Below are positions 28,964 through 37,977 of a stretch of DNA of 64,000 nucleotides, in pieces. Source of the stretch: Escherichia phage AV116. The notes under the pieces are model-generated. The model made no database searches, had not been told where the DNA came from, and saw nothing but the letters and a program-made list of their open reading frames with translations. The stretch lies in sequence record OR352946.1; one strand, written 5' to 3'. Positions within the stretch are counted from its first letter, which is position 1; every line of letters begins with the position of its first letter. Made by a program: the position numbers and the translations under genes.

Positions 28964-29182
28964 TTATTTGCGACGAGTTTTTTTGGTAAGAGGTTGAAAG
29001 AACACTGCTTTACCAGCAGGAGTCAAAGTGACTCGTAATGCATTACCGATTCCCAAGGATGCTTTAACCAGACCTTTAGATTTCAGTTCACCGAATGCTT
29101 GACGTTGGTCTGCATCACGAGTGTTAACCATAAGACCTTTATCACCAGCTTCACGAATCATTTCTAACATTTTGGTTTTCAT
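28964..29182 (-). CDS. hypothetical protein
   Basis: Start set at internal ATG (MKTKMLEMI) preceded by GAGGAG; track start 29239 lies inside promoter sequence. Confidence 0.45.
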   Translation of the reverse strand: MKTKMLEMIREAGDKGLMVNTRDADQRQAFGELKSKGLVKASLGIGNALRVTLTPAGKAVFFQPLTKKTRRK

Positions 29183-29285
29183 TTTGTTCTCCTCTTGTTT
29201 TGATAGGTCTATAATAACATATCCTAAAAGCATGTACACTACTTTTTAAAAATATTTGACCCCCTAAAGGGCCCGAAGGCCCTTA

Positions 29286-30275
29286 TCATTTATAGTATGA
29301 ATTGTGGTTTTCTAAGTAGACTTGCTCAAGAAAGTCATCCCAGAAACTCATATCTACTTTTTGTTGCATACCGTTCTTAGCGGCTTGTTCCGATGCTTGT
29401 TCAACTTGGTCAACGATATCTTCTAGGAATTCTTGTACAGTTTTAAACGTATGTTTACCAAGCTTAACATCGAGAATAAATGGAGCATCCTGAAGTGGGT
29501 AAACCAGGTCGCCGGTTTTGTAAATTTCCAATAATTGAAGTCCACCACGACATGCATGACTCAATGCTTTCCAATCAATACCTTCATTGGCTTCAGCCTT
29601 ACGAGCACGTTCACCATAGTTCTCTTCCAGTTTAACCAGGATGGCATTGAACTCTTTGTTAGTTAACGTATCTTGGAATTTACGGTCCAACAGACTATAA
29701 AATGTTTGCTTACCTGTTTTCTCGTTTTCGGTTTCAACCCATGAAGCAAATTCACCTACAGGCAGAACATTCTTCATATGTGATAAACGAATTACTGCAC
29801 CATTATCAAAGTATTGTCCCCATTCATTAGAACGTTTAAGGGCTTGACGAAGAACAGCCAGTCGAGAACCCTTGACACCGTATTTAGAAGCTTGCTTACG
29901 GACATACCCTAAATAAGATTTCATGTTAGTAGTATAGAAACGAGACCTGTTATCTTGAATATACTTCCATACATCAGGCAAATCAGATTTAACTACTAGA
30001 CTTTGTGGAGTGTGAAGCATATCTAATGCGACGGTTTCACCATCCGCAGCTAGTTTAAAGAAATATTTGAGACTGTACAACTCATGGTCCACGTCGTCTT
30101 TTGTGTTCTTAGAAGATGTGTTATTCGTGTTCTTGCTCATGTGTTCTTTAACGTTACCGGTCAAAATATCACGAGCATGAGGGACATAAATTTCTTTAAA
30201 ATCGATGTCAGATTCAGGAGTAGACGTTCCATAAAGGTGGCTGCCAAAGTAGCCTTTCATAATTGTTTTCATCAT
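29286..30275 (-). CDS. nucleotidyltransferase-fold protein (Pol-beta-like N-terminal domain)
   Basis: 329 aa; GSHLYGTSTPESDIDF resembles the hG[GS]x(9-13)[DE]h[DE]h NTase signature. Confidence 0.55.
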   Translation of the reverse strand: MMKTIMKGYFGSHLYGTSTPESDIDFKEIYVPHARDILTGNVKEHMSKNTNNTSSKNTKDDVDHELYSLKYFFKLAADGETVALDMLHTPQSLVVKSDLPDVWKYIQDNRSRFYTTNMKSYLGYVRKQASKYGVKGSRLAVLRQALKRSNEWGQYFDNGAVIRLSHMKNVLPVGEFASWVETENEKTGKQTFYSLLDRKFQDTLTNKEFNAILVKLEENYGERARKAEANEGIDWKALSHACRGGLQLLEIYKTGDLVYPLQDAPFILDVKLGKHTFKTVQEFLEDIVDQVEQASEQAAKNGMQQKVDMSFWDDFLEQVYLENHNSYYK

Positions 30276-30745
30276 TTAGCCTTATATTCAAGAGTAGGAC
30301 AGACTTTTTCTTTACGAGCTTTAAGGTATTCGCCTATTAATGATTTCTTACGTTCAATAGGCTCAAGTCCATTTTTAATTCGTTCTTGGTTTTGTGCAAT
30401 GAGCTCAATTTCTTTATAATATTTTCTGTCGTTATATTTGTCTAACAACCAAGACGGACCAATTACCAACCCGGTAGCAATAAAAGCCATGACTGCCACC
30501 ATTAAAATGCCTACACCAATTGAAGCTGGAACTAATGTCCATAGACTGCTAAAAACAAAGAATTTAGTTAAAATTTCCTGGCCAATGATTGTGACTGCTG
30601 CTAAAATAGCAAATCCAATAATTGAAACGGCCAATACCGGGATTAACGTTTTCCAAAAATAAGCACACAACGTTTTCGGCCGATTCCATGTACTATTGAA
30701 CGCGGCATAAATTTTAAAATGCCAAGAGTTTTCATTGATAATCAT
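30272..30745 (-). CDS. membrane protein
   Basis: 157 aa with several hydrophobic helices. Confidence 0.5.
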   Translation of the reverse strand: MIINENSWHFKIYAAFNSTWNRPKTLCAYFWKTLIPVLAVSIIGFAILAAVTIIGQEILTKFFVFSSLWTLVPASIGVGILMVAVMAFIATGLVIGPSWLLDKYNDRKYYKEIELIAQNQERIKNGLEPIERKKSLIGEYLKARKEKVCPTLEYKAK

Positions 30746-30754
30746 AATAATTCC

Positions 30755-31285
30755 TTATTTCAAAGTCGGGATAATGGAATCAAGATAAGCTTTAAGAGCA
30801 ACTGCTTCATCTTTGTCTAATGTAATGATATGTTGACGAAGGTCATCAATTTGACGAATAACTACGACATCACCGTCTTCATAAGAAGGATTAACGCCTA
30901 GGACTGTTGTATAGTCAGGGCGGTCCTGATTTGTAATAAAAGCATTACGGCATTTAGCCCATTGAAGTTTGGCCTTTTTGGCTGTTTCAGATTCAATGAA
31001 TTCTTTCACCTTAGCGACAAATGTTTTCCAATTATTAATAGAAAAACATTCATCTTCGGTTTCGATATTAACCCCACTATAAAGTCCGTGATAAAAACGA
31101 ACTTGAAGGTCTTCATCAATGTTAATTACAGATGCATGACCAGGTGGATTGAGTTTCAAAATCTTGTCTAGTTCCATAGGAAGAATAGTAACAACATCAT
31201 CTTCTTGCGTCAGAACATACGCATAACCACGTTTTTCGATACATAAATCGCCAAACAACTCGGTTGTTTCAATTACAGTTTTCAT
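30755..31285 (-). CDS. hypothetical protein
   Basis: Start set at ATG 31283-31285 (MKTVIETT); track extends upstream through a non-ATG codon. Confidence 0.5.
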   Translation of the reverse strand: MKTVIETTELFGDLCIEKRGYAYVLTQEDDVVTILPMELDKILKLNPPGHASVINIDEDLQVRFYHGLYSGVNIETEDECFSINNWKTFVAKVKEFIESETAKKAKLQWAKCRNAFITNQDRPDYTTVLGVNPSYEDGDVVVIRQIDDLRQHIITLDKDEAVALKAYLDSIIPTLK

Positions 31286-31286
31286 A

Positions 31287-31466
31287 TTATTCACCAATTA
31301 AAGTTTCAACAAAATTCACCAAAGCATCCTGGCAAGCATCAACCTGATTTTCATAAAAGTCTCCGTTATCATTTACCGCGTGATAAGCTACAACATTCAA
31401 ATCTGAATCGGCTTCACGTAGGTCACGGATAAGGTCCATCAATTTATTAGCTTGTTCACGGGTCAT
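31287..31466 (-). CDS. small hypothetical protein (59 aa)
   Basis: Below ORF-track cutoff; MTREQANKLMDLIRDLREAD...; stop 2 nt before the next ATG. Confidence 0.35.
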   Translation of the reverse strand: MTREQANKLMDLIRDLREADSDLNVVAYHAVNDNGDFYENQVDACQDALVNFVETLIGE

Positions 31467-31601
31467 TTTACCATACTCGTTTCAATAAGATTCACTATGC
31501 CGTTTACCATGTTATAAGTAAACATCGGATAATTGTATTGTATCACAACGTATACGATAAGCAAAAGTTTCATTTTGTTCTCCATTTGTTTTGATAGGAC
31601 T

Positions 31602-31630
31602 ACTATAACATAGTCCTATCAAGATGTAAA
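31602..31630 (-). promoter_or_regulatory. T4 early-type promoter with flanking 9-bp inverted repeat
   Basis: Minus strand GTTTACA-N17-TATAGT; GATAGGACT/AGTCCTATC arms bracket the -10 region. Confidence 0.5.
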
Positions 31631-31864
31631 CTACCGATTATGTTTTAAATGTTGATAAAGTTCTTCAACTTGTTTAGGGTCCAAAACAATTAGGTCATTT
31701 TCTTGGCGAAGATAAATCCATCCCTTATCTCCAGGACCATTTTTACAAAACATCACCACCATATCATCATCTTCAGCGCTTTCAGGTAAAAGTTCAAGTA
31801 CACCGTCTTCAGATTTTCCAGTATAATCGTAAAGCATAATATCCTCACATAATCTCGTTAACAT
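31631..31864 (-). CDS. hypothetical protein
   Basis: 77-aa acidic ORF. Confidence 0.45.
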   Translation of the reverse strand: MLTRLCEDIMLYDYTGKSEDGVLELLPESAEDDDMVVMFCKNGPGDKGWIYLRQENDLIVLDPKQVEELYQHLKHNR

Positions 31865-32093
31865 ACATTTGCAATTCGGTGTGGGCGTCAGCCATCTTTT
31901 TCATAGCTCTGTTAATGTCGATGTCTCCATCTTCGCAACCATGAGCATTTTCCCAATCAGATACCGCATTAGCGTACTCTTCAATCAAAAACATTAACTT
32001 AGAAATTTTTTCTTTACGTGACATAACGTTCTCCTCTAGTAAGTAAGGTTTACTATAACACAACCTGAGGAGAAGTAAACTGATAGATGCCAA
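31845..32093 (-). CDS. hypothetical protein
   Basis: 82-aa ORF. Confidence 0.45.
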   Translation of the reverse strand: MASISLLLLRLCYSKPYLLEENVMSRKEKISKLMFLIEEYANAVSDWENAHGCEDGDIDINRAMKKMADAHTELQMYVNEIM

Positions 32094-32118
32094 AAAGCCC
32101 CGACCTTTCGGAAGGGGC
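32092..32118 (-). terminator. rho-independent terminator (GCCCCUUCC-GAAA-GGUCGGGGC plus U5)
   Basis: GC-rich interrupted stem followed by a T-run on the minus strand, just downstream of the ORF ending at 32126. Confidence 0.55.
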
Positions 32119-32125
32119 TAGTAAA

Positions 32126-32428
32126 TTAGATAGATGTAGGCTCTAATTTTATTTTCATGAACTCGGCAAATTGTCTGGCAGTTTTTATGCCTTGTTCATG
32201 ACATTCAAATGCATCATCACAGGGACTATTTTTGTAATGCTTTGCCATATACTTATAGAATTTTTCAGAATTCTCGACATTTTGAATTTCAAACAAAGTA
32301 TATACGTTTTTAATCCCTGATTCCATAAAGTTATCAAAATATGGGTCGATATATGCAGTACCAACGATAGGAGTTGTTGCTGCAAAAAACCCCAGCATCG
32401 CCATGACAGCTATCGCTCTTAAGGCCAT
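32126..32428 (-). CDS. secreted/periplasmic protein (signal peptide)
   Basis: 100 aa; N-terminal MALRAIAVMAMLGFFAATTPIVGTA hydrophobic leader. Confidence 0.5.
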   Translation of the reverse strand: MALRAIAVMAMLGFFAATTPIVGTAYIDPYFDNFMESGIKNVYTLFEIQNVENSEKFYKYMAKHYKNSPCDDAFECHEQGIKTARQFAEFMKIKLEPTSI

Positions 32429-32440
32429 ATAGGCCTCCTG

Positions 32441-32653
32441 TTAATTTTGGCCAGTATTTATTTTTCGCCTTTGGACGGCCTTAACATCTGTGAGGTATTT
32501 TTCCAGCTTGCGCTTGCGTGTATAATCAGCTTTAGAACCAGTTTGACGGATATCCTCGTTTAAATGAGAAATAGAATGTCCTAATTCTCTTCGGATTTCA
32601 TCCAATTGGGTTACAGTAAGATTACGAAGTTGTCTTTCGTTTAATTGCTGCAT
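32441..32653 (-). CDS. hypothetical protein
   Basis: 70-aa basic ORF. Confidence 0.4.
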   Translation of the reverse strand: MQQLNERQLRNLTVTQLDEIRRELGHSISHLNEDIRQTGSKADYTRKRKLEKYLTDVKAVQRRKINTGQN

Positions 32654-32680
32654 ATATACCTCTTGGTTAGATATTAGTAT

Positions 32681-33262
32681 TTATAACAACCCTGTCAAAT
32701 CGTTCCAATGCTTCCGGCATAATGACACATATCTATCGGTATCACCAATTTCAATTTGACTGCCATCTGTAATTGGAAGTCCGTCTTCCGTGACTCTAGC
32801 TACCATTGTGGCCTTTTTACCACAATGACAAACACCTTTAAGTTCAACAAGTTTATCGGCAATAGCCATTAATGCTTGAGAACCTTCAAATAGATTACCT
32901 TTAAAATCTGTTCGTAGTCCATATGCCATTACCGGCACATTGTACACGTCAACAATACGACTAAGTTGATACACCTTTTCAGTAGTTAAGAACTGAGCTT
33001 CGTCAACAAATACACAATGAATATCCTTTTGTGCTGCAGCCCATTTATAAAATTCAAAGATATCCATGTCTTTTGTAATTATATTGGCATCCTGACGAAT
33101 ACCAATACGAGAGACTATTTCACCTTTTGAATCACGAGTATCAATAGCCGGTTTAAGAACTAATACACCCATGCCACGTTCTTTATAGTTATGTGCGGCA
33201 GTAAGTAATGAAGCAGACTTACCAGCGTTCATAGCGGCATAGGTAAAAATTAAACTAGCCAT
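32681..33262 (-). CDS. tk: thymidine kinase
   Basis: 193 aa; P-loop YAAMNAGKS, Walker B VFVDEAQF, C-terminal zinc cysteines (CHCGKKA...CRKH). Confidence 0.95.
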   Translation of the reverse strand: MASLIFTYAAMNAGKSASLLTAAHNYKERGMGVLVLKPAIDTRDSKGEIVSRIGIRQDANIITKDMDIFEFYKWAAAQKDIHCVFVDEAQFLTTEKVYQLSRIVDVYNVPVMAYGLRTDFKGNLFEGSQALMAIADKLVELKGVCHCGKKATMVARVTEDGLPITDGSQIEIGDTDRYVSLCRKHWNDLTGLL

Positions 33263-33271
33263 AAGAGTCCC

Positions 33272-33454
33272 TTATAGTGAATTCACGTAGTCAATGAGTT
33301 CTTGTTCTTTCCTGTCAAATGATTCCAACAATGCTTGATATTCTTCGTCCGTCAAAGGAGCATATTCATCATACGCATTGGTGGCTGCTTGCTCATCCAA
33401 TAGGTCATGGATAAGTTCAAACAGTTTAGTTTTCTCTTCTTTAGTCAATTTCAT
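33272..33454 (-). CDS. hypothetical protein
   Basis: 60-aa acidic ORF. Confidence 0.4.
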   Translation of the reverse strand: MKLTKEEKTKLFELIHDLLDEQAATNAYDEYAPLTDEEYQALLESFDRKEQELIDYVNSL

Positions 33455-33945
33455 TTAGGTTCCCAATCAACAATCACAATTTCTAGTTTAGTGGAATACG
33501 TATCTAAAATCTCTTCGATGACATCCCAGTTTCCACCACCAATACCTGCACCAATTCTTGGCATATAAATTACAGGCTTTGTTATCTTATTCTTTCCGAA
33601 TTCATTTAATTCTATTATACAATTCATTAAAGCAGAGTACTCAAAATTAGGTCCCGGCTCAAACTGTGTATAAAGATTAAAGCAATAAGCTTTATGGGTC
33701 TTAAAATATTTTTCATAAACCGAATAAGTCCCGAGTTTAGACTTGTCTCCGAATTCGGTTTGAAGTTTATCGGCTTCCAGAATTTTTGGATAAGCCTTTG
33801 CTAATTGTCCTGCCACACCAGCGCCCATTGTATGAAAACAATTACACCCGTGAGCAATATTATTACCTTTAGAAAACAGGGCGACAATATCGCCCTTGAT
33901 ATAGTTTTTAATCACTTGCTGCAAGTCCTCTAGTATAAGAGTCAA
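33451..33945 (-). CDS. macro-domain-like protein (putative ADP-ribose binding/hydrolase)
   Basis: 164 aa; HGCNCFHTMGAGVAGQLAKAYP and IGAGIGGG resemble macro-domain glycine-rich loops. Confidence 0.45.
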   Translation of the reverse strand: MTLILEDLQQVIKNYIKGDIVALFSKGNNIAHGCNCFHTMGAGVAGQLAKAYPKILEADKLQTEFGDKSKLGTYSVYEKYFKTHKAYCFNLYTQFEPGPNFEYSALMNCIIELNEFGKNKITKPVIYMPRIGAGIGGGNWDVIEEILDTYSTKLEIVIVDWEPK

Positions 33946-34255
33946 CTAGACGGTCCACCATAGAATTGCATGCCGCCTTATCTTTAGGTTCCGCCACCGA
34001 GCATTCTAATATTTGCCATTTTTTATAGTATCTTTTAATTAAGGTAGACGCCTTGAACCTACTAGACGCCCCATCTTTTTCTCCGTCTTTATACGCATAT
34101 AACAATTTTTGTGAAAAATCTACTTTACACTCTTGACTTTTACCACAATAATCAGACGCCGTTCTGTTTGTATACTCCGTTACATCAGTATATGTAGTAT
34201 TAGCAAGAGCGTTAAATGAAACCAAGCCAACTATTAAAGCCAACATTTTGGTCAT
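33908..34255 (-). CDS. secreted cysteine-containing protein
   Basis: 115 aa; signal peptide MTKMLALIVGLVSFNALA; four Cys. Confidence 0.5.
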   Translation of the reverse strand: MTKMLALIVGLVSFNALANTTYTDVTEYTNRTASDYCGKSQECKVDFSQKLLYAYKDGEKDGASSRFKASTLIKRYYKKWQILECSVAEPKDKAACNSMVDRLVDSYTRGLAASD

Positions 34256-34794
34256 TCTTTTATTTCCAGTAGTTTATTTGATTTAAGGTAATTAGCCTTT
34301 TCTAGGACTTCAGAAGCATATTTACTTCCAGCACTTGTCTTCCATCCCGCATTATATGAGGATATGGCTTTCCTTATATCCCCGTTATGTATATTTAACC
34401 AATAAGAAAATTCGATATAAGCCCATCTGGCTGAATTAGACCGCTTAGATAGCATTTTCTTAATTTGGGCATCAGTCATATTATAACCAAGCTGGTTAAT
34501 TCTTGCCCTCATTGTTGGTAGATAGTTTTGGAACATTCCATACGCATGGTGACCTTTCTTATCTTTAAGATTAATACCGGCAGATGATTCCTGCCATAGT
34601 ATTGCGGCCATTATGTATCCAAGTCCTTTCTTATGCATATTTTCATGCGTTTTAAATTTTCCGTCCTTAGAAAACTGTTCCCCAAACTGATAAGCATAAT
34701 TCAAGTTATCGAGTTGGACATTACTAAAAGTATGCTCGGAGCTATGTGCTGATAACGAAAGAGCAAATAGACCAGCGAGTAGTGCTTTTCTCAT
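34252..34794 (-). CDS. secreted lytic transglycosylase (SLT domain)
   Basis: 180 aa; signal peptide plus WQESS...YGMFQ...SYNAG motifs of family-1 lytic transglycosylases. Confidence 0.6.
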   Translation of the reverse strand: MRKALLAGLFALSLSAHSSEHTFSNVQLDNLNYAYQFGEQFSKDGKFKTHENMHKKGLGYIMAAILWQESSAGINLKDKKGHHAYGMFQNYLPTMRARINQLGYNMTDAQIKKMLSKRSNSARWAYIEFSYWLNIHNGDIRKAISSYNAGWKTSAGSKYASEVLEKANYLKSNKLLEIKE

Positions 34795-34802
34795 GTTTAC
34801 CT

Positions 34803-35261
34803 CTAGATTTTAATCACTGCTTTAGAAGCTTTTCCTGGTAGTCGTTTACTGTTAATAATAGCCATTCTACATTGAAGAGTCTTCATTTTGAATGCCGGAT
34901 TTTCGCGACAAACTGTAAGTCCTAACCAAAGATTTCCGTCAGTTATTTCTAAACGGCCTGGGCGATATTCGACACCTTCGACAAAATCTTCATCAACATC
35001 CGGACGTGCCGGCATTGATAAAAATTCTGCAACTTCTTTAACGTGATTTTTTACTTTATGAAATAATTCAAAAACGTAATTCTCATCTATTTCTCTCTGG
35101 ATGGCACGATCTAAGAGATGTTGAGAATACTTGATATGAAAGCCTGGTAGTCCAAGAGACTTTGCAGCATCTTTTATACCGGCATTTATTTTGCGGAACT
35201 CCGTTTCAAAGATTCGACGGAGTTTATTACGGCGGATAAAAACATCCGAATTGATAGTCAT
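34803..35261 (-). CDS. regB: RegB endoribonuclease
   Basis: 152 aa; close match to T4 RegB (FIRRNKLRR.FE.EFR...HLLDRAIQREIDE.YVFELFHK). Confidence 0.93.
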   Translation of the reverse strand: MTINSDVFIRRNKLRRIFETEFRKINAGIKDAAKSLGLPGFHIKYSQHLLDRAIQREIDENYVFELFHKVKNHVKEVAEFLSMPARPDVDEDFVEGVEYRPGRLEITDGNLWLGLTVCRENPAFKMKTLQCRMAIINSKRLPGKASKAVIKI

Positions 35262-35322
35262 TTTGATTTCTCCTCTAGTTGACAGGTCTATAGTAACACA
35301 ACTAGAGGAGAAGTAAACTACT

Positions 35323-35538
35323 TTATTGATAAAATGGAGTTAAAGCCCAGGATTCTTTAGATACTATATTGGCGAAATGCCTCATCTCTTCGATTTGGCG
35401 ACGACGCTGGTCAGCATAGTCTTCTTCGCCTTCTTCCTTACAGTCTTCAAGGTCTTCTTCAAGATACTTTAAGTATTCACTACAAATTTTGTTGACCTTT
35501 TCTTGGAAGTCCAATAACCCAGTAATAGTAGAAGCCAT
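35323..35538 (-). CDS. hypothetical protein
   Basis: 71-aa acidic ORF. Confidence 0.4.
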   Translation of the reverse strand: MASTITGLLDFQEKVNKICSEYLKYLEEDLEDCKEEGEEDYADQRRRQIEEMRHFANIVSKESWALTPFYQ

Positions 35539-35804
35539 TAGTATTTTTCCTCAGGTCGAAATACCGCACGACATGCCCACATGCTGGCTTCTTTTAGATG
35601 TTGCTTAGCATACTTAAGAGCCTGCACTGCATCCATATCTTCTTTGGTTTGTTGCTCTGTTTCATTTTCTTTCAAGATATATGCTTCTTCAATCAGAGCA
35701 TCAAACATCAATCCAAGACGGACTTCGGCATCTTTAATAGCGTTCACTTTACTGATTTTATCATCGGTATGCGGCTTGTAGCCTTTGATGTCTTCAATCG
35801 ACAT
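35538..35804 (-). CDS. hypothetical protein
   Basis: Track ORF 35538..35972 overlaps its neighbour; internal Met (MSIEDIKGY) chosen. Confidence 0.35.
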   Translation of the reverse strand: MSIEDIKGYKPHTDDKISKVNAIKDAEVRLGLMFDALIEEAYILKENETEQQTKEDMDAVQALKYAKQHLKEASMWACRAVFRPEEKY

Positions 35805-36018
35805 AAGGAATTTCCTCATCAGTGGCAAGGTCATATTCGACCAATTGGATAGGCTCATTAATACCATATCCACGTACAGTGATATCGGTTGACGGATAGT
35901 TTCCAGTAATATCACCCATTCTAAATGCTTCAATGAATGATTGCTCGCCTGAGCAACTAAACCAGGCGGCAAAACATTTTAAAACATCTTCAGACCCTTC
36001 TATAATCAATTTAGCCAT
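35794..36018 (-). CDS. hypothetical protein
   Basis: 74-aa ORF translationally coupled to the GrcA-like gene. Confidence 0.4.
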   Translation of the reverse strand: MAKLIIEGSEDVLKCFAAWFSCSGEQSFIEAFRMGDITGNYPSTDITVRGYGINEPIQLVEYDLATDEEIPYVD

Positions 36019-36380
36019 TATAGACTCTCAGTAAAGGTACGAGCGATAACGTCGCGCTGCTGTTCCGGAGTCAGAGAGTTAAAGCGAACTGCATAACCGG
36101 ATACACGGATGGTCAGCTGCGGATATTTTTCTGGATGCTTAACTGCATCTTCTAGAGTTTCACGACGCAGAACGTTAACGTTCAGATGTTGACCACCTTC
36201 AATTTTAACTTTAGGTTGATGTTCAATTTCAATTTCACGGGCATGCAAACCGTAGAAAATTTCCGGGTCTACAATAGTGTCTTCTTTAAAAGTCTTAGAG
36301 ACAATAATCCGGGCTTGAGTACCATCTTCAAAATAAATAGTGCCTTTATGTGCACCTTCAAGAATTTGATATGCTTTCAT
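36018..36380 (-). CDS. autonomous glycyl radical cofactor (GrcA/YfiD-like)
   Basis: 120 aa; C-terminal [59 protein letters not shown] carries the RVSGYAV glycyl-radical motif. Confidence 0.8.
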   Translation of the reverse strand: MKAYQILEGAHKGTIYFEDGTQARIIVSKTFKEDTIVDPEIFYGLHAREIEIEHQPKVKIEGGQHLNVNVLRRETLEDAVKHPEKYPQLTIRVSGYAVRFNSLTPEQQRDVIARTFTESL

Positions 36381-36386
36381 ATAACC

Positions 36387-36758
36387 TCAATTAGAAAATA
36401 AATTTATCCAAGTTTTTTCTTTAATCAAAAATGGGTCGGAATTAAACGCCATTAAACTTTGAGTGATTAATCCCTTAAATGGCCCATCAATAAATTCCAT
36501 TTTGAAATGCGGAATACTAGTCATCAACCGTGCATTAGGAGCAGTACAAAGAACCTGCTGCCCTGCGAACGGACCTTTAGTCAAACGATATCGTTTAGGT
36601 TTAAAATGGTAAATCTCGTAATTTTCTACAAGAGCCCTTTTATTGCATACTGGGCTGTTATAACAATACTCAAAAACTTCAATAGTGGTCATCATTGCAT
36701 TCCAATCACAAAAAATTGAGGACGAGCAATACCGCCGATGCAATATTTGCTTTTGCAA
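36387..36758 (-). CDS. hypothetical protein
   Basis: 123-aa ORF. Confidence 0.45.
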   Translation of the reverse strand: MQKQILHRRYCSSSIFCDWNAMMTTIEVFEYCYNSPVCNKRALVENYEIYHFKPKRYRLTKGPFAGQQVLCTAPNARLMTSIPHFKMEFIDGPFKGLITQSLMAFNSDPFLIKEKTWINLFSN

Positions 36759-37231
36759 CAGTGTTGGACTGTTTTAATATGGACATTGTAAATCTTATCC
36801 ATATCAGGAGCTTTAATAGGCTCGTCAATTATGTACAGAATACGAGAAAGCGTTAATCCACGGAATTTAGAACCTTCATTGCCAATAAAACTACGAACAG
36901 AATCAGTAAATAAACGGAATCGAATATCGTCGCTAGAATAACGAGAAAATTCTTTTTTAATGTTGCCGGCAGAAATTTTAGCATAAGCTGAAGTATTAGA
37001 AAGAACAATAACTGTTCCACCATCATACAGCCAATTAACAGCAAAATTAGTTACTGCGGTCGATTTACCTGATTGTCTGCCGCCGTCTAAACGAAGTGTA
37101 CAGTACTGCTTGAGTACGTCTTCAAATGGTGGGACATAACCGTTCTTACAAATTTCTTCTACTCTAGCATCAGAATGGTGTGTAAAAGCATTCATCAGGG
37201 ATAGATAAGGACCAGTTAAAAATGTTCTCAT
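36692..37231 (-). CDS. P-loop-containing hypothetical protein
   Basis: 179 aa; GGRQSGKST Walker A-like motif and IDEP Walker B-like motif. Confidence 0.45.
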   Translation of the reverse strand: MRTFLTGPYLSLMNAFTHHSDARVEEICKNGYVPPFEDVLKQYCTLRLDGGRQSGKSTAVTNFAVNWLYDGGTVIVLSNTSAYAKISAGNIKKEFSRYSSDDIRFRLFTDSVRSFIGNEGSKFRGLTLSRILYIIDEPIKAPDMDKIYNVHIKTVQHCCKSKYCIGGIARPQFFVIGMQ

Positions 37232-37344
37232 TTAGTTTCTCTTTTAGGTTGGGCCATTCCGTGGCGCATGAATTGTCCATTTCTGTATTTACCCCTCCAA
37301 GTAATTATGAATATACTATCACAATTCTAGGAGAAAGTAAACTG

Positions 37345-37647
37345 TTATTTACCTTTAATTACTTTAGCTGCTTCGATAGCCGCTTGCTGAAGGTCATCCA
37401 TAGACATACCAAATTTAGAAGCAAAGTTATCAATTTTCTTTTCGACAGCATTCAAAGGCTTGGCCTGTTTACCTTCATTAGCGCCAGGAAGAGCGAGAAT
37501 ACGCTCTTTGTCAATATAAAGGCTTACAAGTTTCTTACGGTCTTTATCGGACAAATCATGAAATGAATGGGCCTTTTTATTTATAGCGGCTTCTAATTTA
37601 CCTGCACTCACTCGCGCTTCAGTAATAAATTCTTGATATGTTTTCAT
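37345..37647 (-). CDS. ipII: internal protein II-like (capsid-targeted)
   Basis: 100 aa; N-terminal MKTYQEFITEA capsid-targeting sequence; resembles T4 IPII. Confidence 0.75.
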   Translation of the reverse strand: MKTYQEFITEARVSAGKLEAAINKKAHSFHDLSDKDRKKLVSLYIDKERILALPGANEGKQAKPLNAVEKKIDNFASKFGMSMDDLQQAAIEAAKVIKGK

Positions 37648-37710
37648 TTTTGTTTCCTTGTTTGTTTTGATAGAGTAATTATACCATATTAATACTTAAG
37701 CGTAAACAAT

Positions 37711-37971
37711 TTAAGCTTTACCGCCAGAAATAATTCCGAAGTTGTTAAAATCGTATCCAATATCGTCAACATCTACTTTAGGACTTACTACAACATAAGC
37801 AATTTCACTACGTTTTGCATAGGTGTTGATTTCTTTACCATCGCCACCTAAGAAAGAATACCCATTACGTTTTAATGAGCCAAAGTCTTCGGCATCACCA
37901 ATGAAAGCTTTAACTTTAAATTTAGGACCTTTGGCATCTGCTTCAGCGATAAATTCTTGATACATTTTCAT
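37711..37971 (-). CDS. internal protein with capsid-targeting sequence
   Basis: 86 aa; N-terminal MKMYQEFIAEA. Confidence 0.6.
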   Translation of the reverse strand: MKMYQEFIAEADAKGPKFKVKAFIGDAEDFGSLKRNGYSFLGGDGKEINTYAKRSEIAYVVVSPKVDVDDIGYDFNNFGIISGGKA

Positions 37972-37977
37972 TTTTCC

